NCBI GenBank assembly: GCA_002215675.1
Contig: NGFH01000002.1
Coordinates: 76,975-140,974 of the forward strand
Reading direction: 5' to 3'
DNA: 64,000 nucleotides
From: Bacteroidetes bacterium 2013_40CM_41_45
Lineage (GTDB): Bacteria > Bacteroidota > Bacteroidia > AKYH767-A > 2013-40CM-41-45
A program made the translations under genes and the position numbers. Below are positions 1 through 13,078 of the stretch, in pieces. The notes beneath the pieces were generated by a model. That model saw only the letters and a list, made by a program, of their open reading frames with translations. It did not search any database and had not been told where the DNA came from. Positions within the stretch are counted from its first letter, which is position 1, and each line of letters starts with the position of its first letter.

Positions 1-425
1 AGGATAAAAACAAAATCAAATTATTTGGATTAGTTCAAGGTGATTTTAATAGTGATACTAAAGCATTTATTTTGGATTATTCAAATTATCTGGATACGAT
101 ATGCGGACACGGAGAAGGACAAAAAAAATTTCGTTTATTATCTGGACTCAGGATAATTTTTACAGTCCGAGAGTGGAAACTGAACGCGGGAATTGACGGT
201 TTAGAAAAAATTGCAGCAGCCAAAGAATTAAATTTTTCTGAAAGTTCTCTTAAAATAAAAACTATTGGATGGGGTCAAAATGACGCTGCAATAGATCAGC
301 TAGTATCAGTTCTTCAACAAGTAAGCGTTAAAAATTACGCGGATGCTAGCAAAGCCTTAATTGATTTAATGAAAATATATAAAACTGCAACAAATATAAA
401 ACCTGAGGTTATTCCTATTCTTTAA
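1..425 (+). CDS. Hypothetical protein, 5'-truncated by the window edge
   Basis: The frame of track ORF 72..425 is open back to position 3 (DKNKIKLFGLVQGDF...), so the TTG at 72 is probably not the true start. No family recognised. Confidence 0.6.
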   Translation, partial: DKNKIKLFGLVQGDFNSDTKAFILDYSNYLDTICGHGEGQKKFRLLSGLRIIFTVREWKLNAGIDGLEKIAAAKELNFSESSLKIKTIGWGQNDAAIDQLVSVLQQVSVKNYADASKALIDLMKIYKTATNIKPEVIPIL

Positions 426-429
426 AGTT

Positions 430-570
430 GCTAAGCTATCTGGTAAATAAATAAGCGAATGAGGATTAAGCATTAAGCCTACGCTCTGCGTGGGCTTTTG
501 TTTATCTTGTTCGTGGGCATACCAGTGCCTCTCAAGCGGATAACTCAGAATGTCCCACACGGATTTTTTT
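430..570 (+). ncRNA. Long rod-like structured element, copy 1 (putative cis-regulatory/antisense RNA)
   Basis: Nested pairings CTGGTA/TACCAG and AAGCCTACGC/GCGTGGGCTT. Shares the exact 20-mer GTGGGCATACCAGTGCCTCT (513-532) with the minus-strand copy at 53219-53238. Confidence 0.5.
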
Positions 571-796
571 TATATCAACTATAAAATTCAATTCAATGAA
601 TAAGTTTTTTTCTGGACCTTTTAGCGTTTTAAAAAAGTGATTCACAAATTATCAACATATCATTTACAGAACGTCATTTTGTCTAATGTTGCAATAATTA
701 CAAATACGCTCACCTGACGATTCCTTACTCTCATCCCTCTAATCTCCCCTTAGACGTAATAGCTATGATTGGTAAAACAAAAAGCGTTAGTTTTGA

Positions 797-2518
<1,722 letters not shown>

Positions 2519-2564
2519 AATCTAGTTATACTCTTAATTATTTAACCTTTTAAATTACCTGACC

Positions 2565-5500
2565 ATGAAAATCTTTAAAGCCTTAACTTTATTATTGCTG
2601 TGCTTTCAATTAGCAAACTCCCAAACTATAGTTGAAGTCACAACTCCTGACATTCGATTTTGCGCAATCAATAATTGTGAGCTCGAAGTACAAAATAGTA
2701 GTAGTTCTTCCGTAACTTTTACTTTAGAGATAGATTTAGATGCATACCCTTATCCTTCAGCGCCAAGCGGCAAAGTAAAATTTGATACTCCCGCTTCCTT
2801 TTTTTTAACCTGCGCTGGATTGGGTATTCCTTCATTCAATCCTGCCCGAACTATTGCAACAGTTAGTATAAATCTTGCTCCAACTTCCACTTGTACCCTT
2901 TCTTATCGTGTGATTCCCACGACTTTGGCTATAAGCAGTCCTAATAATTTAAGAAATACATATGAAATAAATACCGTTAATGTATCGGCATCAGAAATTT
3001 TTTACAATGCTTTATTTCCAACAAATCAAATTATCTGTTCAAACCCAATCGCTAACGATGCTCATTTTATAGGCGAGATCTTCATGCGTGAATTACAGTT
3101 TACGAATACGAGCGCATCAGAGATAATGGACAAACCAATTAAGTTTACCGATACGAGAAGCAGTCTTGACAACCCCACCTGTATTCAAGTAACCGGAGTT
3201 AATTATTGGGATAATACATCTTCGAGTTGGCTACCCCTCTCCATGACAATAAATCCTTCTCCAAACAACCAAAACTTTAATGATTTTACTTTAACCGCAG
3301 CCGATATTAGTACAATTGCAACGGCAGAGCAATTATCTGGTAATGTATTTGGACCTGCGAGTTCTATAAGACTACAATTGGTTTATGAAGTTACCTGTTG
3401 CTTTACCAGCTTAATTACGTCTAGTTTTATGGCAACCTGGGCTTGCAATGTATCAGACCCAGCCATATATCAATATGGACCAGTGTCTAATTTTCCATCT
3501 TCCTGTAATTCCAATACTAGTTTAACTCTCCAAACAAATCCCGTTTTCGGGATACCTGATTTGGATGTTACAAGTTCTAGTATTGATAATAATTTTTGTT
3601 ATGGAATTGATCATACTGCAGATGCTACCGTAACAATAACTAACAATGGAACTGGACAAGCATCAAATATTGCATTTAATATTGATCAAGGTTCGAATAG
3701 TTTTACGCACATTATAGAATCTTTTCAGATTTCTTACAATGGAGGCCCTGCAAGTTCTATTACTCCAACTTTCCAAAGTGCCGCATATAGCAATGCTTGT
3801 GATGCTCCTGGAACGCACCACACTCGAATGGAATTTGCAATTCAAGCATTAAATGCGGGCGAGTATGCAACTTTGACGTGGCAAGACAGAACGTGCGCTC
3901 CAGCTGCAACCTGCCCAAGCGGTTCGCGTCTTAAAGATTCGTGGGGATACAAATTAAGCTTTGAGGATGATTGCGGAACTACATATCCGCCTTCAGCTAA
4001 TTATAGTAACTTGTTTAACGTCCAGAATCTTGGAAGTATGGTTACAGAATATAACGGCTTGTCGGATATAGACGATAACGTAGTTAACACTGCTTCCATT
4101 GATTTAAGTTCTGTTGCGGGTTTATGGCCAGCGGCTGATGAATCTACTAATAACAGGAGACTTGCTGTCGAAATTACATTGACCAACGATTTGATTTTTG
4201 AGCCAGCGTGTCCAATATCAAATAGCACCGGAACAATTCAGCTCTATTTATTTCCTAACTCAGTGTTCAATAACTCTAATATCTGTGTGACGGCTTCTCC
4301 TTATTCGCCTAGCAGTGTAACGGTGGTTTTCCCTTCTCCACCCCCGTGTTCAACGGGGACTTCAAAGACAATCCGTGCAGAATTTGAAATTGATAATTTC
4401 GGAACATGTAGTTTTGGTAACACGCTCAATGGCTTACACAATGCAAAATTGACATTTACATACAAAGGATTATGCGGACAGCCATTTCCTTTGTCAATGG
4501 ACCATATTACTGTACATGTGTTTTTTGTTCCAGACCAATCCTGTACTAATCCTGCAGATTTATTAGTTGGCTGCACAAATGCAGATGTCGGATTGCATTG
4601 TCCCGGTTGCATAAGAAAGGGTCTTCACAGCTTAGGTTATAGCATTCAAAGGGGACCCAACTCGTATGGCTGGCAGGATTGTGATAATGATAATTGGTGG
4701 GATCCTGATAACTCTTCAGGAAATGTACCAAAGGTCATTGATGCAGTTTACCGAGCAGCACATCCTTTTATAAAGACAAAGAGGGCAATGGTGGGTGATT
4801 TAATAGAAGGAGTTTTAACCACCAAGGTAGAGAATAATAGTAATTATGGACCAGTAAACACATCTTTGACTTTTACACATGCTTATTGGAAATCTGAATT
4901 TTCTCAGGGCGATGGAAATTTAACCCCTGTTGAATGTGAGATAGTTTTTACTCATCCTACTGACCCAATCTTTTCGCCTGGGCCGGTGACAATTATTATT
5001 CCCGCTACCGATTTCAATCCACAATCTTCATCTCCTGCAATAACATATAACATTGATTTCAGCATTAGCAGATGTAGTACGTTATTCAACCCTGCTTTAA
5101 ACCCCGGGTATTCATCCTTCCCAATTACCGATTTTATCGACAAGTTAGAGATTAAATTGATTCACAGATTTAGAGTTACTGGGAATGTGGGAACTACTAA
5201 TTTGCCATGTAACGTAACTAACACGGCATACCTTGGCTTAACTGCTGAAAGTGCAGGTTTTAATTTTTTAGATGATCCTGATAGTCCTACTAATCAAGTT
5301 CCAGCAATAACAACTCCGCCTGATCCACATCCACTCGACTATGACGCTTACTGTGCTAATCCAAACGGATTTCCTCCTTGCACTGATTTACAATGGTATT
5401 GTACACATTATAATGGCACGTTTACGTTGATTGGTTACGTGTTTCTTCCTTGGAGTGTGTCATCAGGCAGTGGCACCTACGATGTAGCATGTGGTCACCC

Positions 5501-8500
5501 TTCGGTATCCATGGATTCTCGTATCATGGTTGGTGAACCCGGTGCTTTGCTTACAGGTAGAAATCCATTTCCTTATGAGTATAGGCAATGGGTAAATTAT
5601 CATCAACTCGTATATGGAATACCATCGGGTTATGTCCCATTAGGCTGGGTTTATCCAGGTCCTGATTGGAATTCTGGTAGAGCTTGGTACCATCAATTTT
5701 ACAATTCAACCGGACCTACATCTGTTTTAGGAGTTCCTCTAGTTGTGGTAAGCTCGACAACAGCAACTATTAACTTTGATGCAACTAATTATCAACCAGG
5801 ATCTGATGATAATGGGCCTTGCGGTATTCTGTCAAACGGAACGGCACAGATTTTAAGACCTGATGATGATTTTTTCAATCAAGTAAAATATCAATTCTCT
5901 CCTGGATGCGATGCACCAGCCAGTACTACATCTACTTTCTACCAAGAAATGGATTTTATACCTTCCGGATTGCCTGCTGCACAAGGAGGACCAATGGGAA
6001 TTACTGCTAATATTGATTTTGCGACTGACAATCCTCAAATTACACCTAGCGGTACAACTTGGTCTGGCACAAGAAATTTGACGTACAACTTCGTTAATAA
6101 CCGTCCATTATTACAAGTGACGGGGGTGCCTACACCACCTGCACACTTCACAGCCTATCATCAGCAAGAGTGTATGACCTTCAATGTAGAAAACACAAAT
6201 TCAGGTCCAAACGCTGATGCAACACATGCATGGGTTGCATTTAATGTACCTTCTTCTCCTCAATGCGTTACCATAACTAGCATAGAGGTAGACAATGTTG
6301 TTTATCCGAATCCTACCGCGAATCAGCTTTACTATTTTTCAGGAGTATTTGAAAATAGTCAATCACGGCAAGTAACCATCTGTTTTACATACGACTGTAC
6401 CGTAAATTGCAATGCGAACAGGTATATTAATATTCTTACTGGGTGGGATTGCCGGAGAAGTGACGAGTCTGTACCACCTATTCTTACTGCGAATGACTAT
6501 ACTACTGTTACCACTTGTACTCCTACCACAAGACAGGTTCTAATTGATGGTGCAGACGCTCAATTTCAGGCGTCTCTTACCTGTCTGACACCACATCCTG
6601 CAGTTTGCAGCTCTGTTGATTATGAGCTTCAGGTTTCAAGTACATCATTTGGTGCACTCAATAGTATCGTTGTCACTGTAACTCTCCCTTGCTCAACAAT
6701 GGTTTATAATTCTACTGCAGGTAGCAGCTTTATTTTTAATGGTAATACGGATACGGGGCCCAATGCTCAACCGGTAGTGACGCCAGGAGTTCCCCAGATA
6801 CTGACATGGGCTATTAATAATGCCAACACTTACATTGCACAAAACGGACTTGAAGGACTATTGTATCCATCGGTCGGTAATAAATATTTCTTTAAGATTC
6901 GATTCAGCGTAAATACGGGATGCGCTCTGTGTTATCAAAATCGCTCCACAGTTCAGGTTGATTACAATACGAATTGTAACGTGCCGGGTCTTTGGACTAG
7001 AAATTTCAATCCTTTGCTCGAGCAAGGTTCTCCCTTCAATGATCTGAGCGTTACGCTTGGTTCTGGAAGCTACGATTTTTGTGCTAATGCAATTCCGGTA
7101 ACCGTAACTCTTACAAACAACAACAGCAACACATTGCAAAATAATAATTTCCTTGAAGTTACTATTCCTACTGGTTATACAGCAGACGGATTTAGTATAA
7201 CACCAACGTTGATTTTCGGACAAATGATAAGATGGAATTTAACATCTCTTTCAGCTATTACATTCAATGCTCACCCTGATGATTGTGGTCCTGAGAATAT
7301 TATTGCTAATATTTATGCTCGTGGCGAATACGCTTGCACTCCCACGAGTTGCCATATCGATGAACTGGAAAGTACATTTACGTTGCCTGTAACTCCGACA
7401 GCTCCAAGTATAAACATTACTAACTGTCCTTCTCAAGCTTTACTATGTAATGACCAGCCATACCAGTTCAACTCGGATGCTACTTGCGGATTTTATTCCT
7501 GGGACTTTGGAGACGGTTCTCCTTTAGCGACAATAGCAGCACCTAGCCATGTATACACTTCTGCCGGATCATATACAGTTACCTTGACAGTAAGCGGAAA
7601 TGCCTCTGGTGGTGGATGTACATCAACTGCTACATGTGTAGTAACTGTTGATTGTCCAGATAAGAACTGCGGATACTTTTGTACATACGAAAATACATTA
7701 TACTGTCACGGGACTCCTTGTACTAGCAACAGCAACTTCAGCATAAATCAATACGCTACATGGTGGTTAATGACCGCACCGCATTTCCAAAATGCTTTTC
7801 CTGCACCAAATTATTTAGTTATAGGCTGTCCAACTCATCATATAACTTTTAACAACGCAACTTCTGTTAGGTGTTTTCTTAAAAATTGCGGAAGCCCCTC
7901 AATTACTACGTGTGTTCCGTTATTTTTCCCGACCTATTTAAACCCTTCCTGCACTAGTTGCCCATCAGCTTGTTGTACAAACAGTGCGGTAAGTAATTCT
8001 TTAGTTCGCGAGGTAACGACACTTTCTCTAACGGTCAACTTTGATCTTGCGGACGATAATTTCAATCCTCTTACGCTCTATCATTTTGCCTTTTTACATT
8101 TAACTGGTGTACCGATCACCGATTTCTTTTATAACTGGCAAGTGTCAGACATACTAACATATTCCAATGATTACATTGGGAGTTGTTCCCCTTTGCCAAT
8201 CGGCTACAGTCAGGTAAATTTCAAAAACCTAATTCAGGCAATTAATGGTAGCCATAATAATTGTGCTGATAATGGCAATCAAAATGGACATCCTCATTTG
8301 TTTGATTGCGATGATGGAAACCGTTCTTTAAGTGCTCAAATTAATCCTGAAGATGGCTCTTGCTTGAATGATAATACAGCTATGATGACTGCTTGGGCAG
8401 TCGGTGGAACTCCACCTTTCAGTTACCTATGGAGTAATGGAAGTAGCTCTTACTTTATAGATAATCTTGCGGATGGAAAATATACAGTAACAATAACAGA

Positions 8501-11240
8501 TGCTAATAATGAAACTGCGACAGCTGAATCTTTTGTAAAAAGCTCTTCAAACATTTGTTGTAACGTCAGTGGAAATCCTTTCCCTCGCTTTCCTGATAAT
8601 ACAAATGTTCTTCCATCCACAGGGTATGATGTTAATTTCTTGCCAGCTGAAACAGTTGACTTTGAAGAGTCAATGACGTTGAGTGGTAATACACTTAATA
8701 TCATGGAAGGAGTTCAGTTTGTTGTAAAGGATGGTACCACTTTGGAATTGGATAATTGCGTGCTAAGTGCATGTGGCAGCATGTGGAAGGGAATTGTAGT
8801 TGAGTCTGGAGGAGTATTAATCCTCAAGAATTCAACCATTAAAGATGCCGAACGCGGAATTTATGGAGAGGATGGTTCCAAAATTTATGTTTACACAAGT
8901 CAGTTTGAAAATAATGTTGTAGGTATTGAAACCCCTGTGAATTCTGGTGGTACGTTCAACAGCATAGATTTCGTAATTGCAGGTATAACATTTGACTTCA
9001 GTGGAGCACTGCATGATGCATATCCAGGACAAGTTCCATTTGGCACAAAACCCAAAGCGGGAATCATCTTTAATAACATGATAGGTGCAATTGGTGATGA
9101 TGGTTATCCAGAAAATACTTTTTCTGATATGAACTGTGGTATTATCTCATACGCTTCTGTACTCAAAGTGACAAATAGTAAATTCCTGGAAATCCATAAT
9201 GAATATTTTTATTCAGGACAATTCATGGGTAGTGGAATTGCAGCAATTGGAGGTGACAAAGGATCATACTCGATTGAAGTTTACCCGTATCTGCTCCAAA
9301 ATCCTACAAGTCCGACCTTTAAATTATGCGATTATGGAGTTTACGGTGATAATAATATAAACGTAACCGTCACTGGATGTTCCATGTATTCAATGAATCA
9401 TGGTATTTATATTCAAAAATGCCAACTATCGAACCAAGTGGTTCTCAAAGAGAATGATATTTCGGCAACAAACATGGGAATACAGTTTTATGCAAACGAA
9501 GGTGCGGATTTATTATATGCGGGATACAACAATGTCGAAACGACGGATCTAAAAGGAGAATGCATAATTGCATATGAATCTGGATCAGGAAAAAATCACC
9601 TCGTTGTAGAAGAGAACACTTTAAGTTGCAATGGCTCTTCTTACGGAATAGATTTAATCGGTTGTTATTCTTCCACAGTTTATCATAACACAATTGATGA
9701 AGTTACAACGGCTATAAAAAACTTCACTGGTATTAGCATATCAGCTTGTAATGAACCTAATGTTTCATGTAATATCATTAACGGGTTAACTACGACCGAT
9801 CAGTTTTTAACATACGGAATCAAAGTAAATGTAACGGACAATGCAATTTTACACTGTAACAGCACAAACCTTACAACCTATGGAATTGCTTTCCAAGGTC
9901 CCTGTGTAACTGTAGATAATGTTAAAGACAATGAAATGAATGAACATTATGAAGGATTACATTTGAATAGCAATGCAATTATAGGTAAGCAGAATAATGG
10001 TGGTAATCGGTGGATAGGTCCATTCTCAAGTGGTTATGGTGCCAATAATTTGAATTATGCAGGAGGTATAAGCGTAACCGCTTCACTATTTATTGTTCAT
10101 CAAAGCCCAGTAACAGATTTTAATCCTTCAATACCGGCTTACGATGTAACTTGGTTTCAAGTGGACCCTGCAGGAGTGCCGTATTCATGCACATCGAGAA
10201 ATGAATGCCCGGAAAAATCTTCGGAAAAGAGTATGGTCATGAATCCAGAGGTGCTTGATTATTCCATCGCAAATGACGATTCATTGTCTGTGGATTTCAT
10301 TCCGGAAACCAAAAGCATGGGGAGGCAGTTTTTATACAAAAAGTTAACAGACGTGCCGGCATTACTCGACTCAAGTTCAGACCTCAACGATTTCTATTCT
10401 GCCTATTCCAGTTCTTCGGTGCAATCATTACAAGTTGTTCGTGATGGGTTGTTGGATTTTACAGATTATGGCATGAATTTATCTGATAGCTGTAATATAA
10501 TTGACAGCACTATGATTATTATTTCAGACAGTATCGCAGTTCTAGATAGCTTAATGAGTAGTGACACAATAAATGCACCCGCATATGTTGCGCAAAAGAT
10601 GAGTCTTAGGTCACAAGCAAATACACTGCAGGCAAGCATGAATGCAATAAGGGTACAAATGAAATCTGTACTTGAGGGAAAAATTTCGACGACCGATGCC
10701 ATTAATACAAGTGTTTCATCAGCGCAGTTACCAGAAAGCAATGAGCAAATCGTTAATGATATTTACCTGCAAACGGTCGCGCTCGGAAATTATGCTTTCA
10801 GCAGCAGTCAGGTTTCTTCAGTGTTAGAAATTGCCCAGCAATGCCCATACGCGGGAGGAAAAGCTGTTTATCGCGCAAGATCTCTATATAGGTTCATCGA
10901 TGAAACAATTGAATATGATGATGACAGTACTTGTCTTGTATTCGGTATTTACAGAAGGGGAAGCAACCAACCTTCAAGTGAAATTGAAACGGGGAACATA
11001 CTTCTGATTCCGAACCCCGCTAATAACCTTGTCACGGTTGTTTATCAGTCCGCATCAGAAGGGTCGTGTGACTTATACGTTACTGACATAACAGGCAATG
11101 TGATTAAGCAAATCGATATTCCGTGTGATAAAACGCGATTTGAATTTTCTGTAGAGGATATAAAGAACGGACTATACCTCGTTGATGTGCGAAATGAAGG
11201 ACAATCTATTGGACGTAGCAAATTGGCGATAATAAAGTAA
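2565..11240 (+). CDS. Giant Cys-rich T9SS-secreted surface protein (PKD, SprB-like repeat, beta-helix, type A CTD)
   Basis: Signal peptide; WDFGDG...HVYTSAGSYTVTLTV (PKD); GGTPPFSYLWSNG (SprB-like); parallel beta-helix-like region; C-terminal IPNPA...NGLYLV CTD. Confidence 0.85.
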   Translation: MKIFKALTLLLLCFQLANSQTIVEVTTPDIRFCAINNCELEVQNSSSSSVTFTLEIDLDAYPYPSAPSGKVKFDTPASFFLTCAGLGIPSFNPARTIATVSINLAPTSTCTLSYRVIPTTLAISSPNNLRNTYEINTVNVSASEIFYNALFPTNQIICSNPIANDAHFIGEIFMRELQFTNTSASEIMDKPIKFTDTRSSLDNPTCIQVTGVNYWDNTSSSWLPLSMTINPSPNNQNFNDFTLTAADISTIATAEQLSGNVFGPASSIRLQLVYEVTCCFTSLITSSFMATWACNVSDPAIYQYGPVSNFPSSCNSNTSLTLQTNPVFGIPDLDVTSSSIDNNFCYGIDHTADATVTITNNGTGQASNIAFNIDQGSNSFTHIIESFQISYNGGPASSITPTFQSAAYSNACDAPGTHHTRMEFAIQALNAGEYATLTWQDRTCAPAATCPSGSRLKDSWGYKLSFEDDCGTTYPPSANYSNLFNVQNLGSMVTEYNGLSDIDDNVVNTASIDLSSVAGLWPAADESTNNRRLAVEITLTNDLIFEPACPISNSTGTIQLYLFPNSVFNNSNICVTASPYSPSSVTVVFPSPPPCSTGTSKTIRAEFEIDNFGTCSFGNTLNGLHNAKLTFTYKGLCGQPFPLSMDHITVHVFFVPDQSCTNPADLLVGCTNADVGLHCPGCIRKGLHSLGYSIQRGPNSYGWQDCDNDNWWDPDNSSGNVPKVIDAVYRAAHPFIKTKRAMVGDLIEGVLTTKVENNSNYGPVNTSLTFTHAYWKSEFSQGDGNLTPVECEIVFTHPTDPIFSPGPVTIIIPATDFNPQSSSPAITYNIDFSISRCSTLFNPALNPGYSSFPITDFIDKLEIKLIHRFRVTGNVGTTNLPCNVTNTAYLGLTAESAGFNFLDDPDSPTNQVPAITTPPDPHPLDYDAYCANPNGFPPCTDLQWYCTHYNGTFTLIGYVFLPWSVSSGSGTYDVACGHPSVSMDSRIMVGEPGALLTGRNPFPYEYRQWVNYHQLVYGIPSGYVPLGWVYPGPDWNSGRAWYHQFYNSTGPTSVLGVPLVVVSSTTATINFDATNYQPGSDDNGPCGILSNGTAQILRPDDDFFNQVKYQFSPGCDAPASTTSTFYQEMDFIPSGLPAAQGGPMGITANIDFATDNPQITPSGTTWSGTRNLTYNFVNNRPLLQVTGVPTPPAHFTAYHQQECMTFNVENTNSGPNADATHAWVAFNVPSSPQCVTITSIEVDNVVYPNPTANQLYYFSGVFENSQSRQVTICFTYDCTVNCNANRYINILTGWDCRRSDESVPPILTANDYTTVTTCTPTTRQVLIDGADAQFQASLTCLTPHPAVCSSVDYELQVSSTSFGALNSIVVTVTLPCSTMVYNSTAGSSFIFNGNTDTGPNAQPVVTPGVPQILTWAINNANTYIAQNGLEGLLYPSVGNKYFFKIRFSVNTGCALCYQNRSTVQVDYNTNCNVPGLWTRNFNPLLEQGSPFNDLSVTLGSGSYDFCANAIPVTVTLTNNNSNTLQNNNFLEVTIPTGYTADGFSITPTLIFGQMIRWNLTSLSAITFNAHPDDCGPENIIANIYARGEYACTPTSCHIDELESTFTLPVTPTAPSINITNCPSQALLCNDQPYQFNSDATCGFYSWDFGDGSPLATIAAPSHVYTSAGSYTVTLTVSGNASGGGCTSTATCVVTVDCPDKNCGYFCTYENTLYCHGTPCTSNSNFSINQYATWWLMTAPHFQNAFPAPNYLVIGCPTHHITFNNATSVRCFLKNCGSPSITTCVPLFFPTYLNPSCTSCPSACCTNSAVSNSLVREVTTLSLTVNFDLADDNFNPLTLYHFAFLHLTGVPITDFFYNWQVSDILTYSNDYIGSCSPLPIGYSQVNFKNLIQAINGSHNNCADNGNQNGHPHLFDCDDGNRSLSAQINPEDGSCLNDNTAMMTAWAVGGTPPFSYLWSNGSSSYFIDNLADGKYTVTITDANNETATAESFVKSSSNICCNVSGNPFPRFPDNTNVLPSTGYDVNFLPAETVDFEESMTLSGNTLNIMEGVQFVVKDGTTLELDNCVLSACGSMWKGIVVESGGVLILKNSTIKDAERGIYGEDGSKIYVYTSQFENNVVGIETPVNSGGTFNSIDFVIAGITFDFSGALHDAYPGQVPFGTKPKAGIIFNNMIGAIGDDGYPENTFSDMNCGIISYASVLKVTNSKFLEIHNEYFYSGQFMGSGIAAIGGDKGSYSIEVYPYLLQNPTSPTFKLCDYGVYGDNNINVTVTGCSMYSMNHGIYIQKCQLSNQVVLKENDISATNMGIQFYANEGADLLYAGYNNVETTDLKGECIIAYESGSGKNHLVVEENTLSCNGSSYGIDLIGCYSSTVYHNTIDEVTTAIKNFTGISISACNEPNVSCNIINGLTTTDQFLTYGIKVNVTDNAILHCNSTNLTTYGIAFQGPCVTVDNVKDNEMNEHYEGLHLNSNAIIGKQNNGGNRWIGPFSSGYGANNLNYAGGISVTASLFIVHQSPVTDFNPSIPAYDVTWFQVDPAGVPYSCTSRNECPEKSSEKSMVMNPEVLDYSIANDDSLSVDFIPETKSMGRQFLYKKLTDVPALLDSSSDLNDFYSAYSSSSVQSLQVVRDGLLDFTDYGMNLSDSCNIIDSTMIIISDSIAVLDSLMSSDTINAPAYVAQKMSLRSQANTLQASMNAIRVQMKSVLEGKISTTDAINTSVSSAQLPESNEQIVNDIYLQTVALGNYAFSSSQVSSVLEIAQQCPYAGGKAVYRARSLYRFIDETIEYDDDSTCLVFGIYRRGSNQPSSEIETGNILLIPNPANNLVTVVYQSASEGSCDLYVTDITGNVIKQIDIPCDKTRFEFSVEDIKNGLYLVDVRNEGQSIGRSKLAIIK

Positions 11241-11252
11241 GAGGTTCCGATC

Positions 11253-11292
11253 TGGGAGAAGGAGAATATTGATTCTTCTTCTCCCATTTTTT
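11253..11292 (+). terminator. Rho-independent terminator
   Basis: TGGGAGAAGGAGAAT/ATTCTTCTTCTCCCA stem followed by a T-run. Confidence 0.7.
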
Positions 11293-11318
11293 ACATTTAC
11301 CGAATAATTCTTATTGCT

Positions 11319-13040
11319 ATGTCTGACTATATGAAAAGGAAAATTATTACTATTCTGTTTGTTAGCTTATCATTCAATTCCTTCTCACAAGCGCCAAATT
11401 GGCTCTGGAGTAAAGCATGCGGAAGCACTGGAGATGATTCAGGGTTGTCAATTGCTCTTGATGCTTCCGGCAATATTTACACTACTGGTTACTTTGAAGG
11501 AACTGTTGATTTTGACCCCGGTGTAGGCGTATTTAATTTAACTTCTGCAGGATCGTATGATATTTTTATATCCAAACTAGACCCTTCAGGAAACTTCGCG
11601 TGGGCAAAAAGGATGGGTGGAGTAACTGATGATTGGGGACTGTCCATTGCTCTTGATGCTTCCGGTAATATTTACACTACTGGTTATTTTGGAGGAACCG
11701 CTGATTTCGACCCAGGTGCAGCCATATTTAATTTAACTTCTCTAGGAGCTTATAATATTTTTGTATCAAAGTTAGATCCATCTGGCAATTTCGTTTGGGC
11801 AAAAGGAGTGGGCGGAACGGCTATTGATGCCGGCTATGCCATTTCCTTGGATAGTTCAAATGCGATAAACGTTGCGGGATATTTTACAGGAACCGTAGAC
11901 TTCGACCCAGGTGTTGGAGTGTTTAATTTAAGTTCGGGGAGTAATAATTTTGCTAACGCTTTTATTTTGCGTTTAGATAATGCTGGCAACCTTTTATGGG
12001 CAAAGGCATTTGAAGGAATAAATTATTGTTCCATTTATTCTATGACGCTTGCAGCTGGTAATATTTACACGACTGGGGAGTTCATTGGAACTGTTGATTT
12101 TGATCCGGGGTCAGGAACATTTAATATGTCTTCAGTGGCAAACAATGATATTTTTATTTCAAAAATAGATTCTTCCGGAAATTTCGTATGGGCAAAAAGC
12201 ATCGGTGGTACTGATACCGATGAAGGAATTTCGCTGACTACAGATTTGCATGGAAACGTATATACCACGGGTTACTTCGGAGGAACCGTTGATTTCGATC
12301 CAGCAGCCGGAGTATTTAATTTAACTTCAACAAGTGGCAGTTATGACATATTTATTTCCAAACTTGATACTGCAGGTAATTTCAAATCAGCAAAAATGAT
12401 TGGTGGGATCTATAATGATGTTGGTAAAGCGATTATAACTGATTCCTCCGACAACATTTATATCACAGGTTACTTTTCTGATACTGCAGATTTTGACCCA
12501 GGGATAGGTGTATTTAATTTAATTTCTCAAGCGGGAAGTGCCGATATATTCATTTCAAAATTAGATAGTGCATGTAATTTTTTATGGGCGAAAGCAGTCG
12601 GAGGAATTAATGACGAAGCAAGTCAAGATATAGCATTGAATTCATCGGGCAATACTTTTGTTATAGGATATTTTTACAGCCCATCACTCCTATTTAATAC
12701 AACAACTTTAATTAATACAGACAATCAGGGTAACACTTCTGATATGTTTATTGCAAAGCTTGATAATATAATAACTGGTATTGCAAACCTAAAAAACAAT
12801 GACGGCATATTTATTTACCCAAATCCTGTTTTAGAAAATATTACCGTGGTAAATGGTTTGAGTTATTCGGAGAAAAGTTATTTAACTATTTATAATTCTT
12901 TCGGAGAGAAGATTATTGAACAGGAAATTAAATCTTCAAAAATGAACATTGATTGTAGCCATCAACCATCTGGAATTTATTTCGTCACGATCACCAACCA
13001 AGAAGGAAATAAGATTGTACAGAAAATTATTAAGATGTAA
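11319..13040 (+). CDS. SBBP-repeat beta-propeller protein with T9SS CTD (start may be ATG 11331)
   Basis: Repeated DASGNIYTTGYF...DFDPG...DIFISKLD units; IYPNP...SGIYFV CTD. Confidence 0.88.
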   Translation: MSDYMKRKIITILFVSLSFNSFSQAPNWLWSKACGSTGDDSGLSIALDASGNIYTTGYFEGTVDFDPGVGVFNLTSAGSYDIFISKLDPSGNFAWAKRMGGVTDDWGLSIALDASGNIYTTGYFGGTADFDPGAAIFNLTSLGAYNIFVSKLDPSGNFVWAKGVGGTAIDAGYAISLDSSNAINVAGYFTGTVDFDPGVGVFNLSSGSNNFANAFILRLDNAGNLLWAKAFEGINYCSIYSMTLAAGNIYTTGEFIGTVDFDPGSGTFNMSSVANNDIFISKIDSSGNFVWAKSIGGTDTDEGISLTTDLHGNVYTTGYFGGTVDFDPAAGVFNLTSTSGSYDIFISKLDTAGNFKSAKMIGGIYNDVGKAIITDSSDNIYITGYFSDTADFDPGIGVFNLISQAGSADIFISKLDSACNFLWAKAVGGINDEASQDIALNSSGNTFVIGYFYSPSLLFNTTTLINTDNQGNTSDMFIAKLDNIITGIANLKNNDGIFIYPNPVLENITVVNGLSYSEKSYLTIYNSFGEKIIEQEIKSSKMNIDCSHQPSGIYFVTITNQEGNKIVQKIIKM

Positions 13041-13045
13041 AAAAT

Positions 13046-13073
13046 AACAGCCCGATGTAAAAATCGGGCTGTT
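13046..13073. terminator. Bidirectional terminator between convergent genes
   Basis: AACAGCCCGAT/ATCGGGCTGTT perfect inverted repeat flanked by A/T runs. Confidence 0.8.
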
Positions 13074-13078
13074 TAATT

